Shown: positions 48,354 through 60,956 of the stretch, one piece after another
Position numbering within the stretch: position 1 is the stretch's first letter
Layout: the number at the start of each line of letters is the position of its first letter
Assembly: GCA_051530055.1 (NCBI GenBank)
Contig: CM121341.1
Span: 15,292,784-15,356,783, forward strand
Length of the DNA stretch: 64,000 nt
From: Neoechinorhynchus agilis
Taxonomy: Eukaryota > Animalia > Acanthocephala
Direction of reading: 5' to 3'
Notes under the pieces: generated by a model
What the model saw: only the letters and a program-made list of their open reading frames with translations
The model's database searches: none
What the model was told of the DNA's origin: nothing
Made by a program: the position numbers and the translations under genes

Positions 48354-49937
48354 ACCTTTGTGATTGTGAATTGAGAAATATCTCGCTTGTACTAACCTTC
48401 TTATCTTGCCTCATAAAAAACAAATCTTTCTTTTCCCATTTTCCTTAAATTCACTCACATACAAAAAAGGCACTGTAGTCGGCGAGCTTCAAAGATCGAT
48501 GACATCTTGGAATTTTTAGTTGAGCGATTTAAACGCTATTTCTACGGGTTTCACTTAAATGAAGTCAGTTTTAAAATTTTAAACTTTACAATAGTACTTC
48601 TTTTGTGTATTCTTGCCAAATTATATGTTTGATAGAATAATTCTAAAATGAAAATTCTTAATTGAAACACAGGGCTACTTAAGGCAAATCATTGCTGCTG
48701 CCAGGTCCTTCCCAAGTCCGGATGAGAAGCGAAAAACCGACGGACGCAAATACTTCAACGATTGATCTGGCGGGATCGTACAGGTTCCTCAAGTACGCCA
48801 GAGAAAGCAAAGGGCTGGCTTTAAAAATGCGACGCTCGGCAGAAAGTGTTCGGCAACCCGTTGCAGGTACTGGAGGATTCATGGTCGTCTCCAACTGCGG
48901 TGCTACATTTAGGAAGCCGGAATCGGAACTCCCTCGGGACTGGTCTCCGCGTCCTTCTAAAAAGTAACAGCAAAAAAGGAGCATGATTTAGAACGAAAGG
49001 AACCGAGTCCTCTTGAATAGTAGCGATAATGCTATTGATGTGAAATCTACACCATTCGTGCCTTGAGGATGGTCTTCGATAAATTAAGATGCGTTTTTCA
49101 CTAATGCTGAAACGTAAATGAGTTTGAAAAGAATACTCACGAAGCTTTAGCTGAACAGCAATAGCTTCTCATTCTAATTTAAATATCTAAACAATCTTTC
49201 AAAATTACACACCTGTAAGCATTCCGGTCAAAATTTTCAATATAAAATCCTTAGAAATAAAGCAATACTTATGCTAAATAAAATAATTTCATGCGAATTC
49301 AAACGATAACATATAAAAAAGCACACTCGGCACAAAAGGGCAAATTCGTTGCTTCTTAGATTCATAGGCTAGCTCGCAACATAGACTCGGATTGACACAC
49401 GCATTTAGTAACCTAAAAGCACAAACTTGTCATATTCTTAAATGTAACCTTTCACTCGCCAGGTTGCCTGGGTTAAATGCTCGCGTAGACCAAAGATGTT
49501 GGTAGAAAATGTGGCCGAAATCCCTCGTTTAGAAAAGAAGGTGTAAACTATATTATCACAGAAGGTTTTCTTTTTAAAATAAGCTGAGTATTTCAACTTA
49601 ATTATCCATGAGGTAGTTACAGATTCGTCGAACTCTTTAAATTATCTTGCGCAGTAGAAAATCTTAGATGATATGCCCAGCAGCGAAGGTTTTGTTCGTT
49701 CTCACATACGCAGATAAATTCAGAAGGGTAACAGACTAAATCTTGGATGAAATGAGTAACAATTTGAAATTTCTTTGAGAATAAGTACTAAAATTCGTCA
49801 CTGTTTACCGATGAGCATGTTTTATTTATGTTTAGGGCCTAAGATTTTTAACGGGGAGTTTTATTTACAAAAATTCATTTCGTTGCGTCAATTTGCTTTA
49901 ATTTTCTATAAGAAAACTACAGATAAACGTTCATCAA

Positions 49938-50686
49938 ATGTCTCGAATGACCGGATTACGCGCAAATTCGATGAAGGAGCTTTTAGATAACCTAAGAAGT
50001 ATAAATTCGTAAATGATTTTTATATCATTTTGAGAATAGGGGCCAACTTTATTACAAGTGCAGCAATATACGACGTGATGATGCGAGTTGACCGAGCACT
50101 TTTTTGTCCAATTGATCCATATTTCGATGCACCTCAAAGTATTGGATACTCAGTTACGATATCAGCTCCACACATGCATGCCTACTCTCTTGAAAAACTT
50201 GCGGATAACCTTCGACCGGGAAGTCGTGTGCTAGACGTAGGCAGTGGATCCGGATATCTCAGTGCATGTATGGCATATATGGTTCAACCAATGGGACTGG
50301 TGTTTTGCGTTGAGCACATAAAAGGCCTCGTAGAAAGATCAATCGAAAATCTTAATCGATTGGACCCACATTTGCTTGGTGACGGTCTGATCAGCATTAC
50401 TGAAGCTGATGGTAGACTCGGGAATGCTCAAAATGGCCCTTATGATGTTATCCATGTTGGAGCTGCTTGTCCATCTATACCGTATTCGTTGATCGATCAG
50501 CTGAAGATTGGAGGTGTTTTACTTGCTCCAATCGGTACAACAAGACAACAAGTAGTTAAGTGCACGAAAGGAGAAGGTGGAGCTGTCAATGAAGAATACT
50601 TAATAGATGCCATATATGTCCCTTTGACCGATAAAAAGATCCAGATTAACAGGAATGAACTTACTGGTCACATCGAAATAAATTAG
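49938..50686 (+). CDS. PCMT1: Protein-L-isoaspartate O-methyltransferase, 2 exons
   Basis: ELLDNLR, GT-AG intron 49999-50039, then PQSIGYSVTISAPHMHA, VLDVGSGSGY, PYDVIHVGAA and LIDQLKIGG. Confidence 0.95.
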
Positions 50687-50949
50687 TGCTCTCGATTTGA
50701 AACGTTCTTCGGATCCTTGTATTGTTGGCACTTAAAAATTTCCGTCAAAATTTTTGCAATTTCCCACTAATGTTATCTAGAATAATTCGTAATTGTCAAA
50801 AATATGATTGGCTTCGAAAATGCTGTTCATAAGATAAAAAAATCGCCGCGTTTAATTTCGTCACTTCGAAGAAAGTTAAGCAACTATTAGTTTCAAAAGA
50901 AACATAATTTTTTTAAAGAATAAAAATCAGTTGCCAATCTTCTCGAATA

Positions 50950-51480
50950 TCGGAAATAGAAATGTACCACGGGAAAGACCAACCTTACAAGCGCTCTTAC
51001 AAGCAATAAACTCCAATTCCCAGCAGAAGGGACCTTCCAACCCAAACGGATATTGAATATATATTTGCCATTGTTAAATTGATATTTGGCGTAATTAAAG
51101 AATTATAGATTAATTTAATTAATTTTCGACCTGAGCGTGGGTCTTCTTCAGATATGGTTTGCAAGTTTTTTTCAACTGTGAATGCGTGAAAAAAACTTGC
51201 AAACCATATCTGAAGAAGACCCACGCTTATGCCGAAAATTAATTAAATTAATCTATAATTTTTTTAATTACGCCAAATATCAACCAAACGGATATTCTCA
51301 AACGAACGGACACATCCTCACCCGAACGAACTGTCCACGACTTTGTAGTCCCACCCGAATAGACATCCCTCCGACCAGATATTCCCACCCGAACGGACAT
51401 CCCTCGACTGCGTATTCCCATATTAACGGATGAGGACCCAAAGGTACATGGGTAATCCTAACCTTTCTTTGTATTTTCAA
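50950..51480. repeat. Dispersed non-autonomous repeat (another copy at about 56905-57150, minus) containing a long foldback with a hammerhead-like core
   Basis: GACCAACCTTACAAG...GAAGGGACCTTCCAACCC and CCCGAACGGACATCCC microrepeats match 56905-57150 in reverse. Inverted arms at about 51079-51174 and 51187-51283. Confidence 0.75.
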
Positions 51481-51739
51481 TAAACATGTTATTATTGCAT
51501 AGTAGACGTTATAAAATAAGGGGATAATGCGCTTCAGTATTGAATTGAACAATATTTACAATTGCTACAATTGCAAAATTAAATCGCACGCAATTTCGAG
51601 TTTCCACCACTGATTGTTTTCAGATCACTTGTGGTTTTGTGAGAATTTCGTGAGTTATGAATGCTTGTTGCAGCATTACCGACTTATTCCATCCTCGCAA
51701 TACAGAACTGACATTCAATTTTTTGAGAATAAGACACAA

Positions 51740-52441
51740 TCACCGTTTTAGTCGACTGAACCATCCTTGAATCACAGACCTTGTTAGAGTTACAACTATT
51801 AATGGAATTTTAATGTAGGCGCATGAAGTTACCTCGAGTAGGGAAACAAAGTCAAAATGTAATAAATGGTTGCCAATATTTGAAGGATCGCAAAGATTAG
51901 GACTAATATAGCATTCTTGACCTAAATAAGGTTGGAAAATTAGATTCGGCACGAATAATCATACCGCAAATGCCATAACAAGTGTTAGGACTATGAACAC
52001 CACCATCGTCAAGGACGCCACTACTCGTTCAGGGCTCAGCATTTGCTTGAATTGAGTGATTGGACCCGATAAAAAACATGTAGCGATTAGAAATGATACA
52101 GTTGCAAAGGTGTAAAACGTTCCAAATCCTTTAAAATGGCTACCAAATATGAGACCGACTGCCTTAAGCAAATATGTGAATAAAGGAATGGTTAGTTCCA
52201 GGTTAACTTGCAATAACGAGAAAGAGGACTCCAACTCCCACTGCGATGGTGAAGCCAAGCATGCGGTTCCTTGCTGACATTTTGAAACGAGAAGGCGGTG
52301 AAGCTAAATGGTTGATTTAATGCAATTGAAAAGGAACGTGAGCAAACCTGATTCGTCTTTAGCAGGTAAAAACTTAGTGGCCATTCGGTCAAATATCCCA
52401 GAAGCTACCTTAGCAGCAGCTTGAGATTCCAACGTTGACAT
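51740..52441 (-). CDS. SFT2/Got1-family vesicle transport protein, about 5 exons
   Basis: Canonical splicing gives RMLGFTIAVGVG, FGTFYTFATV, TCFLSGPITQFKQM...ERVVAS, LVLIFAILQ and YYILTLFPYSR, matching SFT2D1/2-type proteins. Confidence 0.8.
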
Positions 52442-53699
52442 ATCTTAAATCATTGGGAAAAATTTTAAGCGTTTTTTTTCTCACTTAGGCGTTCAGCTTA
52501 AGTTAAATGATTAAAAAATACGCAGACTGAGAAAATCTTTTTCGCATTTCAGCGTAAAGTCAAACAAGCAAAAATGATAGATTTTAACCATAGAAATTAA
52601 ACGATTAAAAACATTTTCCGCACAAATTTTGCTTCCCGGAGGGAATAGAAAGTGGTAATTGCAACAATTTAAAATTTCTGTTGTTTTGCTAGTTCGCTTC
52701 TTAAGCAATAACTCGGATTTTAAACAGAAATCTATGAATGATCGGACTTCCGAATATGCCAAGCCTTTTCTTAGTTCTGGAACTAGTATAATTCTACTAC
52801 TTCGAATTCTCAAAACCGAGCCGAAAAAATTCGAAACGAAATTGGAACATGAGCATTGATTTCCATTCAGTTCTTAAAGGAATCGGAGGCCTGAGTTCTG
52901 CACGTCGAGCTTCTTTTCTTAGCTCCTATAAACTCAGATGAATTTTTCACGTGTCTTAAGAAAGACAAAAGAAACTGTTACTATTTAATGACTCATTTTT
53001 TTCATAACAAACCAAAAGTATGTTCTCTTATCAAACCGCGAGAATAACATTGGAAGGACATTCGAGCATAATCAAGTCAATAAAAGAAACTGTTAATGTT
53101 TTTAAAATTCAATACAATTGTCAAAAATCGTATATAACTTTTAAAACACTTTATATTTTTAATTGATTTTGTGTTCGTATCAATGATCATAGCCGATTGT
53201 AAATCTGTTTTCGATGGATCATATTTTTCAATGCAATCAAATTTAAAATTAAACATCCTTTTGAATATATGATTTAAGTCGACAAAAACGTTTCACAATG
53301 GGTTATTCGCTGAAATGTCAAAACATCGAATAATTCTTTATTCAGCGAACTATTGTGCGTTTCTTGTAAATCGTTTGGGTCGAGAAATATTCATGGAAGC
53401 CTTTTAGCAATGTCAAAAGTTATCGATTCAACTTATGTACTCTGCGAGGATGGAATCGGATCACCATTTATCTTTAATTTGTAGTTCGCCACATAAAATA
53501 TCATCAATCATTTTCTTGCCATGTTACGCTCGTAAGAGTAAAAACATTTAAAAGGGTCGAGAAAAAATTTGAAAGTAAAGAAAAGAATTGTATGCAGGAC
53601 GCCAACACTAAAAATGGTAGAAAATAAAATTTATAATATAAAAGCAATGAGAAACTAAGCATTTTAAAAGGATCGAATATTTCACCCAAGGTTTTAACA

Positions 53700-54880
53700 T
53701 TTTGTACATTCGATATAACATTTTTTTAGAATTTTTATATGTGGCTCAGCCGATAGTCTTTTGATAGATTTTTTTCTCCATACACGGCCGAATGGACACA
53801 CCGTCCACCGATTTCGGTCATGGGAAACGCTGGTCTGCGCTCAATGCCCATGGCCGTACATTTATAAGTTTGTACATCCCTCCGGATTCTCAGATACCTC
53901 CAGGAAGCGGGGCTTATCAGTGAGTTTTTTCCCTTCAGCAGTATTTCGTCCCTTTTGATGTGATCCATCGGTGGTAACGGATTCGAACACCTTAACCATT
54001 AACCGGGATTTGGAGCATTAATGCACTTGACCACCTCAGCACAACTGCGGAATGTACAAACTTCGCAATTTTAGCCTGGATGAGCTTTCCGTTTTTTAGA
54101 ATTTTTATATGTGGCTCAGCCGGTAGTCTTTTGATAGATTTTTTCTCCATACACGGTCGAATGAACACACAGTCCACCGCGGCATCGAGCGCAGACCAGC
54201 GCTTCCCAGACCTAAATCGGCGGACTGTGTGCCCATTCGGCCGTGTATGGAAAAATATCTCAATGTGTGGCCTTTTGTAACACGGCTGATGATTTTTGGG
54301 CACGCAGCCCACCGATTTGGTTCAGAGAAGTAATTCAATTCAAAGCACTGAACCATCCGGTACGAGTTTGTACATTCCTCCGGATCCTCAGATATCTCCA
54401 GGAGGCGGGACTCATCAGTGAGTTTCCTCCCTTCAGCGGTATTTCGTCCCCTTTGGTTGTGCGTCATTGGTGGTAACGGATTCGAACCACTTGACCCCTA
54501 ATCGGGATTACGGGCATTAGTTCACTTGACCATCTCGACACAACTACGGAATGTATAAACTCAGCCAATTTTATATTTATTAATTTAAGGCCATTATAAA
54601 TTAGGATTTTTTTATGAAGATTGGCCAGCCGGTAATTTATATCAATGTGTGGCCTTTTATAACACGGCTGATAATTTTTGGGCACACAGCCCACCGATTT
54701 GGTTCAGAGAAGTAATTCAATTACTCAAAGCACTGAACCATCCGGTCCCTTCGGCGGTATTTCGTCTACTTTGGTTGTGCATCATCGGCGATCGTGGGTT
54801 AAAACCCTTTGACCCTGAAATCGGTATTCGGAGCACAAGTCAACTAGACCACCTCTACACAACTACGAAATGTAGAAACT
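53700..54880 (-). mobile_element. Tandem array (2 near-full units + 1 deleted unit, unit about 500 bp) of a tRNA-Ser-derived SINE-like repeat with a hammerhead core and a long hairpin
   Basis: Heads near 54050, 54550 and 54870 read GTAGTTGTGTCGAGATGGTCAAG (A box) ... GGTTCGAATCC (B box), similar to tRNA-Ser 5' ends. An imperfect hairpin of about 30 bp lies at 54147-54250. Confidence 0.75.
54387..54450 (-). ncRNA. Hammerhead ribozyme core with non-standard strand order
   Basis: GGGAC-GAAA-TACC (54450-54438), CTCA-CTGATGA-GTCCC (54422-54407) and TAT-C-TGAG (54394-54387): all three stems can pair. Activity untested. Confidence 0.55.
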
Positions 54881-55049
54881 CAGCTGACGAAATCGATTTG
54901 CTCAACCGCATGTCTTTATCATTTGTTGCATTGTCAGCTGACTTTCTCGACCGCATGTTCTCGAATTTTACGACAGATCTTATTAGTTAATTACCGATGC
55001 CTCCACCACCTACAACACGGCACGTTCCTCGCTTCGCTCGGAACCTGGA

Positions 55050-56930
55050 TGCTACACAACAATATGAAGATGGAAACTTGCCCGCCCAAAATGAGCCAAA
55101 TAAAAAAACAACGTCAATGTGATTATTTCAACTTCGTCAGCCGAGGGTACCACACGACCGAACTTCTCAACAAGATTTTGTGAGGTTTGTAATGGGATTT
55201 TCTCTCTGACGAAAACAGTTCTTAGGGTCCATGGACCCCGTAATTCAAGCTGCTGCGGTTCCGGTTCACCTCCCAATTCCATTGATGGTGTGCACCAAAA
55301 TCCTATCACGATATCACAGTACAAAATGAAATTCCATTTGTAGGGAATATTGTGCGAAAGTTCTGCCCAGGAACGTTCTGCAAAGAATCCCAAGGGGCGC
55401 GCGATATCAGGCCACAAAGAGATTCACATTGTTATTGACAGAATGCATCGAGGCTAACTCAGAGTTGTCGTGGGATCTCTGACCTTTCGACCGCATGCGG
55501 ACAACGTAAGGAGTGTGTCCAGGAGCGTGACCACCACCGAAACTCAAATTGGTCGCTTGCTGAACGCTTTTCATCGAAGTTCGCGGACGGAGATACCAGA
55601 GGAGCAGTTCGTCTTTTATCATCAATGTACAGTCTCGCCAAAAACAACGAAGAAACATTACGAACTCTTCGTTCCAAACCTCCGAGTGAGGGCGGTCGGC
55701 AGTATTTCGTGAAATCTTCCTCCGTCGATACGATCCCTTATGTTTCATCATCGAAATCAGAAGTGAAGATGGCAATCTCCTCTTTTGAAAACGGATAAGC
55801 TCGCGGCCTTGACGGGCTAAGGCCCCAACACCTAAAGGATATGACTTCCTTTTCAGTAGGTGACGCTTCTCAGTCCCTTGAAGATGCATTGGCACTCCTA
55901 GTCGACCAATTTTCACGGGGAGAGTTGATTCCGCAAGCAATTGAGCTATTTTTCGGCGCATTTAGTGGGATTCGTACCATTGCAATTGGAACAACTTTGC
56001 GGCGCTTAATAGCAAAAATTTTAAATAAAAGGATAACGGAAAAAGTAGGGATGCTGCTTCGCCCTACTCAGTTAGGCTGCTGTACACCTTATGGCTCAGA
56101 GGTGATTGTTAATTCACTCCGCACGTTCATCACCGGAAATCCAAAGCCGTGCGTGATCTTTAAATGTGATTTCAAAAATGCATTCAACACAGTTCACCGA
56201 TCATATTTGCTCGAAGTAGTTAGAAATCACGCACCAGAAGCATTTCACTATTTCGCTAATGCCTATGGGAGTTCAACTCCCTTGTTGTTTTGTGGTCAGA
56301 AAGTGGAGTTCAACAAGGGGATCCTTTGGGCTCAATAGCCTTCTCACTCGCAGGCAATCCCGTCGCGCACTCTCTTCAATCCAGCTTTAACGGCTAGTAC
56401 TTGAATGATGGCACGCTCGTAGGTAACCTCTCTGTACTACTGCGCGATTTGGAGACACTCGTGAAGGAGACGGCGAAAATTGGCATTGAATTGAATGCCG
56501 CGAAATGCGAGATTTTAGTGATGAACGGGGAAGATGAGGCGCCCTGGCAAACTATCGTGAAAGATTTTCAGAATCTGGCCCCCGGGATAGAATTGATCAT
56601 TCTAGACCGGTTGAGTCTTCTAGGAAGCTGCATTTTTGGTTCTAATGTTATAGCAGTATTTGTCAATCTTCAACCGCAACTTTCGATGTTGTGCGAATAA
56701 GCTGCACACATCACCCTTTTTAGACATAAGGATAAGCTGGAAAAATTAGACGAGACGATGAAAGCCTCTCTCGAGAAAATTTTAAATACTCAGCTGTCGG
56801 ACGAGGCTTGGCGTCAAGCGTCCTTGCCTGTGTCGTCCGGCGGTTTGAGTATCTGAAAAGCAGCAGATATTTCTCTGCCAGCTTATTTGAGATCGCAAAA
56901 TAGTTATATATAATCCCATGTACCTTTGGT
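55050..56930 (+). mobile_element. Decayed CRE-like element, N-terminal region and RT
   Basis: VLQRIPRGARYQA, GLRPQHLKDM, IRTIAIGTTLRRL, QLGC, FKCDFKNAFN and a degenerate YLDDG motif; multiple stops and frameshifts. Confidence 0.85.
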
Positions 56931-57419
56931 CCTCATAAGAACTCGAGTTCATAATTGTGCAAAAAGAAGCGTATCCGTTCGGGAGGTAATATCTTGTCGG
57001 AGGGATGTCTTTCCGGGTGGGAACTTAAAAGATCGTTTGGACTGGATTACGAGTCCGTTCGTTTGAGAATATCCGGTTGGGTTGGAAGGTCCCTTCTGAT
57101 GGCAATTGGTGGATATTGTTTACAGGAGAACTTGTAAGGTTGGTCTCTCCTCAGAAACATTTCAAGATCCGATATTCGAGAGAAGATTGGGCAGCATGGA
57201 AAAAGGAGCGTAGATATAGTGAGGTGCGAGGTATAGGAGGGTGAGACGAATTAGGATTACGAGTGTTGAGCTCGTGTGAAAAGGGAGCGATATGTGGAAG
57301 AAATTGTGGTGGTAGAGTTGAGAGGCGTTTTGATTGTTTTATGAAAATAGCATCAAGGCATTCGGTACGAGGGGAAAAGTCAACTGTGCAAATTTTAGAT
57401 AATATAACGTTTATTTGTT

Positions 57420-59340
57420 GGTTCCGATACAATCATTACCGTCCGTAAAATTGAAGCTTCTCTCCTTCCTCACCTGTCTCTATCACGCTAGCAGCATTGC
57501 TTCGTTGTACTGCGAGCGAGATATTTTGTCGCAGGAATACACCTGTTCGTGCGTCGCCGGTCGTTTCTCTCAATTTCTTCGAGAGATCCTGGGGCAGAGT
57601 GAGCGCCGAGCTGCAAAGCGCTCCATACGTCTCTACTCCGAAGGGGACAAAATAGTGGGTCCCTGCTAAATCCGCATATTTTCGTACCTTCCTCCCTTCC
57701 GCTGTACTGGCTGCACCTCCAGGGATTTCGAGAGAGTACGGAATGTTGCTTACTGGGAGGGTGTCCACACACGTGGCGTCCCAGAGAAGGCATTTGCCCT
57801 CCCGCCACGGAAAGAACGAAATTCCGTCAGGACGACGATCGCCTAGTCGACAAAGATGGGCGGGTTCCAAGATATTGGGTAAGTTCGCCGTTCTCAACGG
57901 CCTAGAAATTACGCTATTGATCTCAGAATGGAGTGAGAACCTTACCCCTGACTTTCGGCAAACGAGACCGTGTCACCCGAAAGCATCAATAAAAGACCAA
58001 CATCGACAGCGATGGTACGTGCATATCGGGAGACCAAGTCCTAAGGACACTGCGATCCTCGTTAGCTCATCGGTGAGAAGAGTTCCCATAGATGCCAGAG
58101 GAACAACTTCCAACCACGTCCCGATTCTCGTGTCGAAACTACCAACAATATAGCTCGGACGGCCCCATCGCGAGAACCTGAAAGTAGAGAGCTGCGAGCT
58201 CTCGCGACGAGAGGTCTGTCTCAGATCGACTGTCCGAGGCCATTCACGGGAACATGGTTAGCGCCTGTCTGCTGGCACCATTCTTCAACTGCCACCACAA
58301 AGTCTTGTTCAAGGCAAAACTTTTCCCTCAGAATTTTTCTTCGCTATCGGTTGATTCTCCTCGTACGATCCAAGAAAGGCTGGCAAGGCAAGGTCTACTA
58401 GCGCCCGAATGCCCAATCCCCCAGATGACACAGACAATGAAGCTTGTCGCCACGCCTCATCTGAGAACTGGACATTTAAAATACGCTCGAGACAAGCCCT
58501 CACCTTGTCGCCGAGCTTAGCCAATCCTTCCTTATGTTTGAAGAATATAACAATTTCGGGATAAAGAGTGCGTTCTATCGCACAGCAACGAAAGTTTCTG
58601 TATGATACGGCCGATCTTAGCTTCCACATTTGAATCAAATACGCAACTACCCAAGAGGCCGGGTTGCTGTGGAGTCACGAGTTTCAGAAATGGAGCTACG
58701 TCCTCGAACCCATCCATTAGATCCTGGACTGGCGTCGTCGTCGATATTGAATACTAGGAGCTCACACTTTCCAGCATTGAGCTCAATGCTCATTCTCGAT
58801 GTCTCATAAATCAGCGTCTCCAAATTGCGCAGTACAACGGAGGGATCATCTCCGAGCGCAGCGCCATCCAAGTACCAAGCGTTGAAGCTGGAATGGAGAG
58901 AGTGCGCTATTGGATTTACTGTTAGGGAGAATGCGATTGGACCGAGAGGATCTCCTTGCTGCACTCTTCGTTCGGAACAAATGAGGTGGTCTTCGAATAG
59001 CAAAAGAATCGCGGTCCCGTAGGAATTGAGAAAATTTTAGAAGGCTTCTGGTGCGTGATCCCTAATTGCGCAGAACATGCTTTCGCTCTTGAGAGAGTTA
59101 AAGGCGTTCTGAAAATCGCACTTAAGAATCACGCACGGCTCTGAACTTCTCGTAGTAAAGTTTCGGAGCGCGTGGACAATACCTTCCGCCTCGTAAAATG
59201 TGCAGCAGCCCAGTTAGACTGGGCGAAGGCAAACCGAACACACACCAGTAGAGACGCGTTGGAGCCCGGCAGCGTTGGCCTTCTAGGTGTCAGCGTCAGC
59301 AGCGTCGATTCTAGGCGATATGAACGCAGTTAGTTGCTTG
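57420..59340 (-). mobile_element. Decayed CRE-like element, RT + RLE
   Basis: VQQGDPLGP, NAWYLDG, WRQASLSVSSGGLGIR, CRC...GHGLVC and RPDGISFFPW. Confidence 0.88.
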
Positions 59341-59619
59341 TTTTCAGTCGAGATTTTTTTGACAACTGAGTCTTCGATTTATCAGAATTTTCTGGCGGCT
59401 GCATTGATTGTTGGCTGTTATGTGGTCGTCAACCCCTGAATTTTTCCAACGACAGGAATGTTTGCGAAGAATTTCAAGACGGCGGATTGGATATTTGGGA
59501 AGGTTGCTAAACACGGCATAATTGTAAGTGAGGGACGGTAAGTTTACCCGCCAATGGTTGCAAACAATCCGTTTTGCACTCACCCCTGGTAGCGAGAATT
59601 CATAACTCTTTAATTTCAC

Positions 59620-60365
59620 ATTATCGTGACCTGGTGAACTGAACTCGATTAACGGCAGTCTCTACAGGAGAATCGGGTGCTTGGCTCAACGCTATCCCAA
59701 TTGCTTCTGTGGGTACCCTTCTCTCCGTCGAGACAGTAAGGATTGCAGTGTCCCTGAGACTTGGGGTACCGATGTGTACATCCCATTGCTGCCGCTGCGG
59801 TTCGACGGTGGAACCATCGGGACGCCATGGTCTCGTCTGTCGGCAATCAGGCGGAAGGTACTCACTACACTCCGAAGTGAACGCAATTCTTAATTGTGAA
59901 CTGAATACTGTGAATGCACCCAACATCCTAGAGGCGAGCAATCTTTGCCGACTCCATGATGGTCGATCGGACGGTGTCCCAGTATTCCCGTGGCGAGAAG
60001 GAAAATGTCTTCTCTGGGGCGCCAAGTCCGTGGACACGCTCGCAGCCAGCAACATAAAATTCGCCACTATCAAACCAGGGAGAGCAGCAACCGCTGCTGA
60101 GGAACGCAAAAGGACAAAATACAGGGACCTAAGTCGAAATCATCATTTTTGTTCCCTTTGGCGTCGAGACATTCGGGTCGTTTGGTACCGCTGCGCAGGA
60201 CCTGGTCAAACAATTGTCTAAGAGATTGAGACAAATCATTGGCGATCTGAGATCAGGAGCATTCTTCTTACAAAACAAGTCTGGATGAGCAACGAGGGAA
60301 CACTGTATCCGTCCTTTTGACCTTTACACCACGATGGCAGCTGAGTGATCCAAAGCGGTGGTGTA
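59620..60365 (+). mobile_element. CRE-like 3' fragment (second subfamily, same as 3490-4170)
   Basis: ORF 59709-60221 has RIAVSLRLG, CRCG...GRHGLVC and DGVPVFPWREGKCLLW; the 3' UTR matches 3490-3535. Confidence 0.85.
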
Positions 60366-60366
60366 A

Positions 60367-60852
60367 ATGATTTTATGCTCGAAATTAAACGCGAATAATG
60401 TTACAATTTTCGGATTAGGTAAAAGATCGCTCATAATCATCTTTGTTAACAATGCTTCGGTGAAGCCTTTAGGAGTCAAGGGCGAGGAGATAAAAGATAG
60501 AATGTCCGAGTGTTTAAGGTGGACAAGATCCATAATGTTGAAATTTTGGTCGTCCGAAATCCAACGGGTTAATGACTTATATGTCTACCAGTTGATGGAA
60601 TGGAGAGGCAAGTCTTTTAAAGAAGATTGTCCAATGAAATTCGTGCTGCTTTTTGCTCTAAATCAAACTTTTGACTCGGTAAAATGCTTGAACACTTTAG
60701 ATGTGTCGGTTAGAATGGGGTATATTGACGAAAGCTTCGACCTGCAAGCACCAATTAATGACTTCAGGACTTTTCACCTGACCAATGCACCGATGCATAA
60801 GGAAGCTTTAGAGTCAGCTAGGTCTTCTCAGAGGTTTTTCAAAAGGGAATGA
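60367..60852 (+). CDS. Unassigned ORF abutting the CRE 3' end (possible orphaned exon)
   Basis: 161 open codons with no recognised motif and no convincing ATG. Confidence 0.25.
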   Translation: MILCSKLNANNVTIFGLGKRSLIIIFVNNASVKPLGVKGEEIKDRMSECLRWTRSIMLKFWSSEIQRVNDLYVYQLMEWRGKSFKEDCPMKFVLLFALNQTFDSVKCLNTLDVSVRMGYIDESFDLQAPINDFRTFHLTNAPMHKEALESARSSQRFFKRE

Positions 60853-60956
60853 ATGGAAAAAGTTCACTAATGGCGTAGACTACGGCTGATGGTGATTTGT
60901 GGATGGTAACACAGATTGTAAACTTAAGACTCTCCTTGTTGATTTCAAATAATATC

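Noticed and set aside
48679-49170. Small spliced ORF; selenoprotein F was considered
   Set aside because: No CxU motif or other SELENOF similarity; the predicted peptide of about 60 aa is unsupported.
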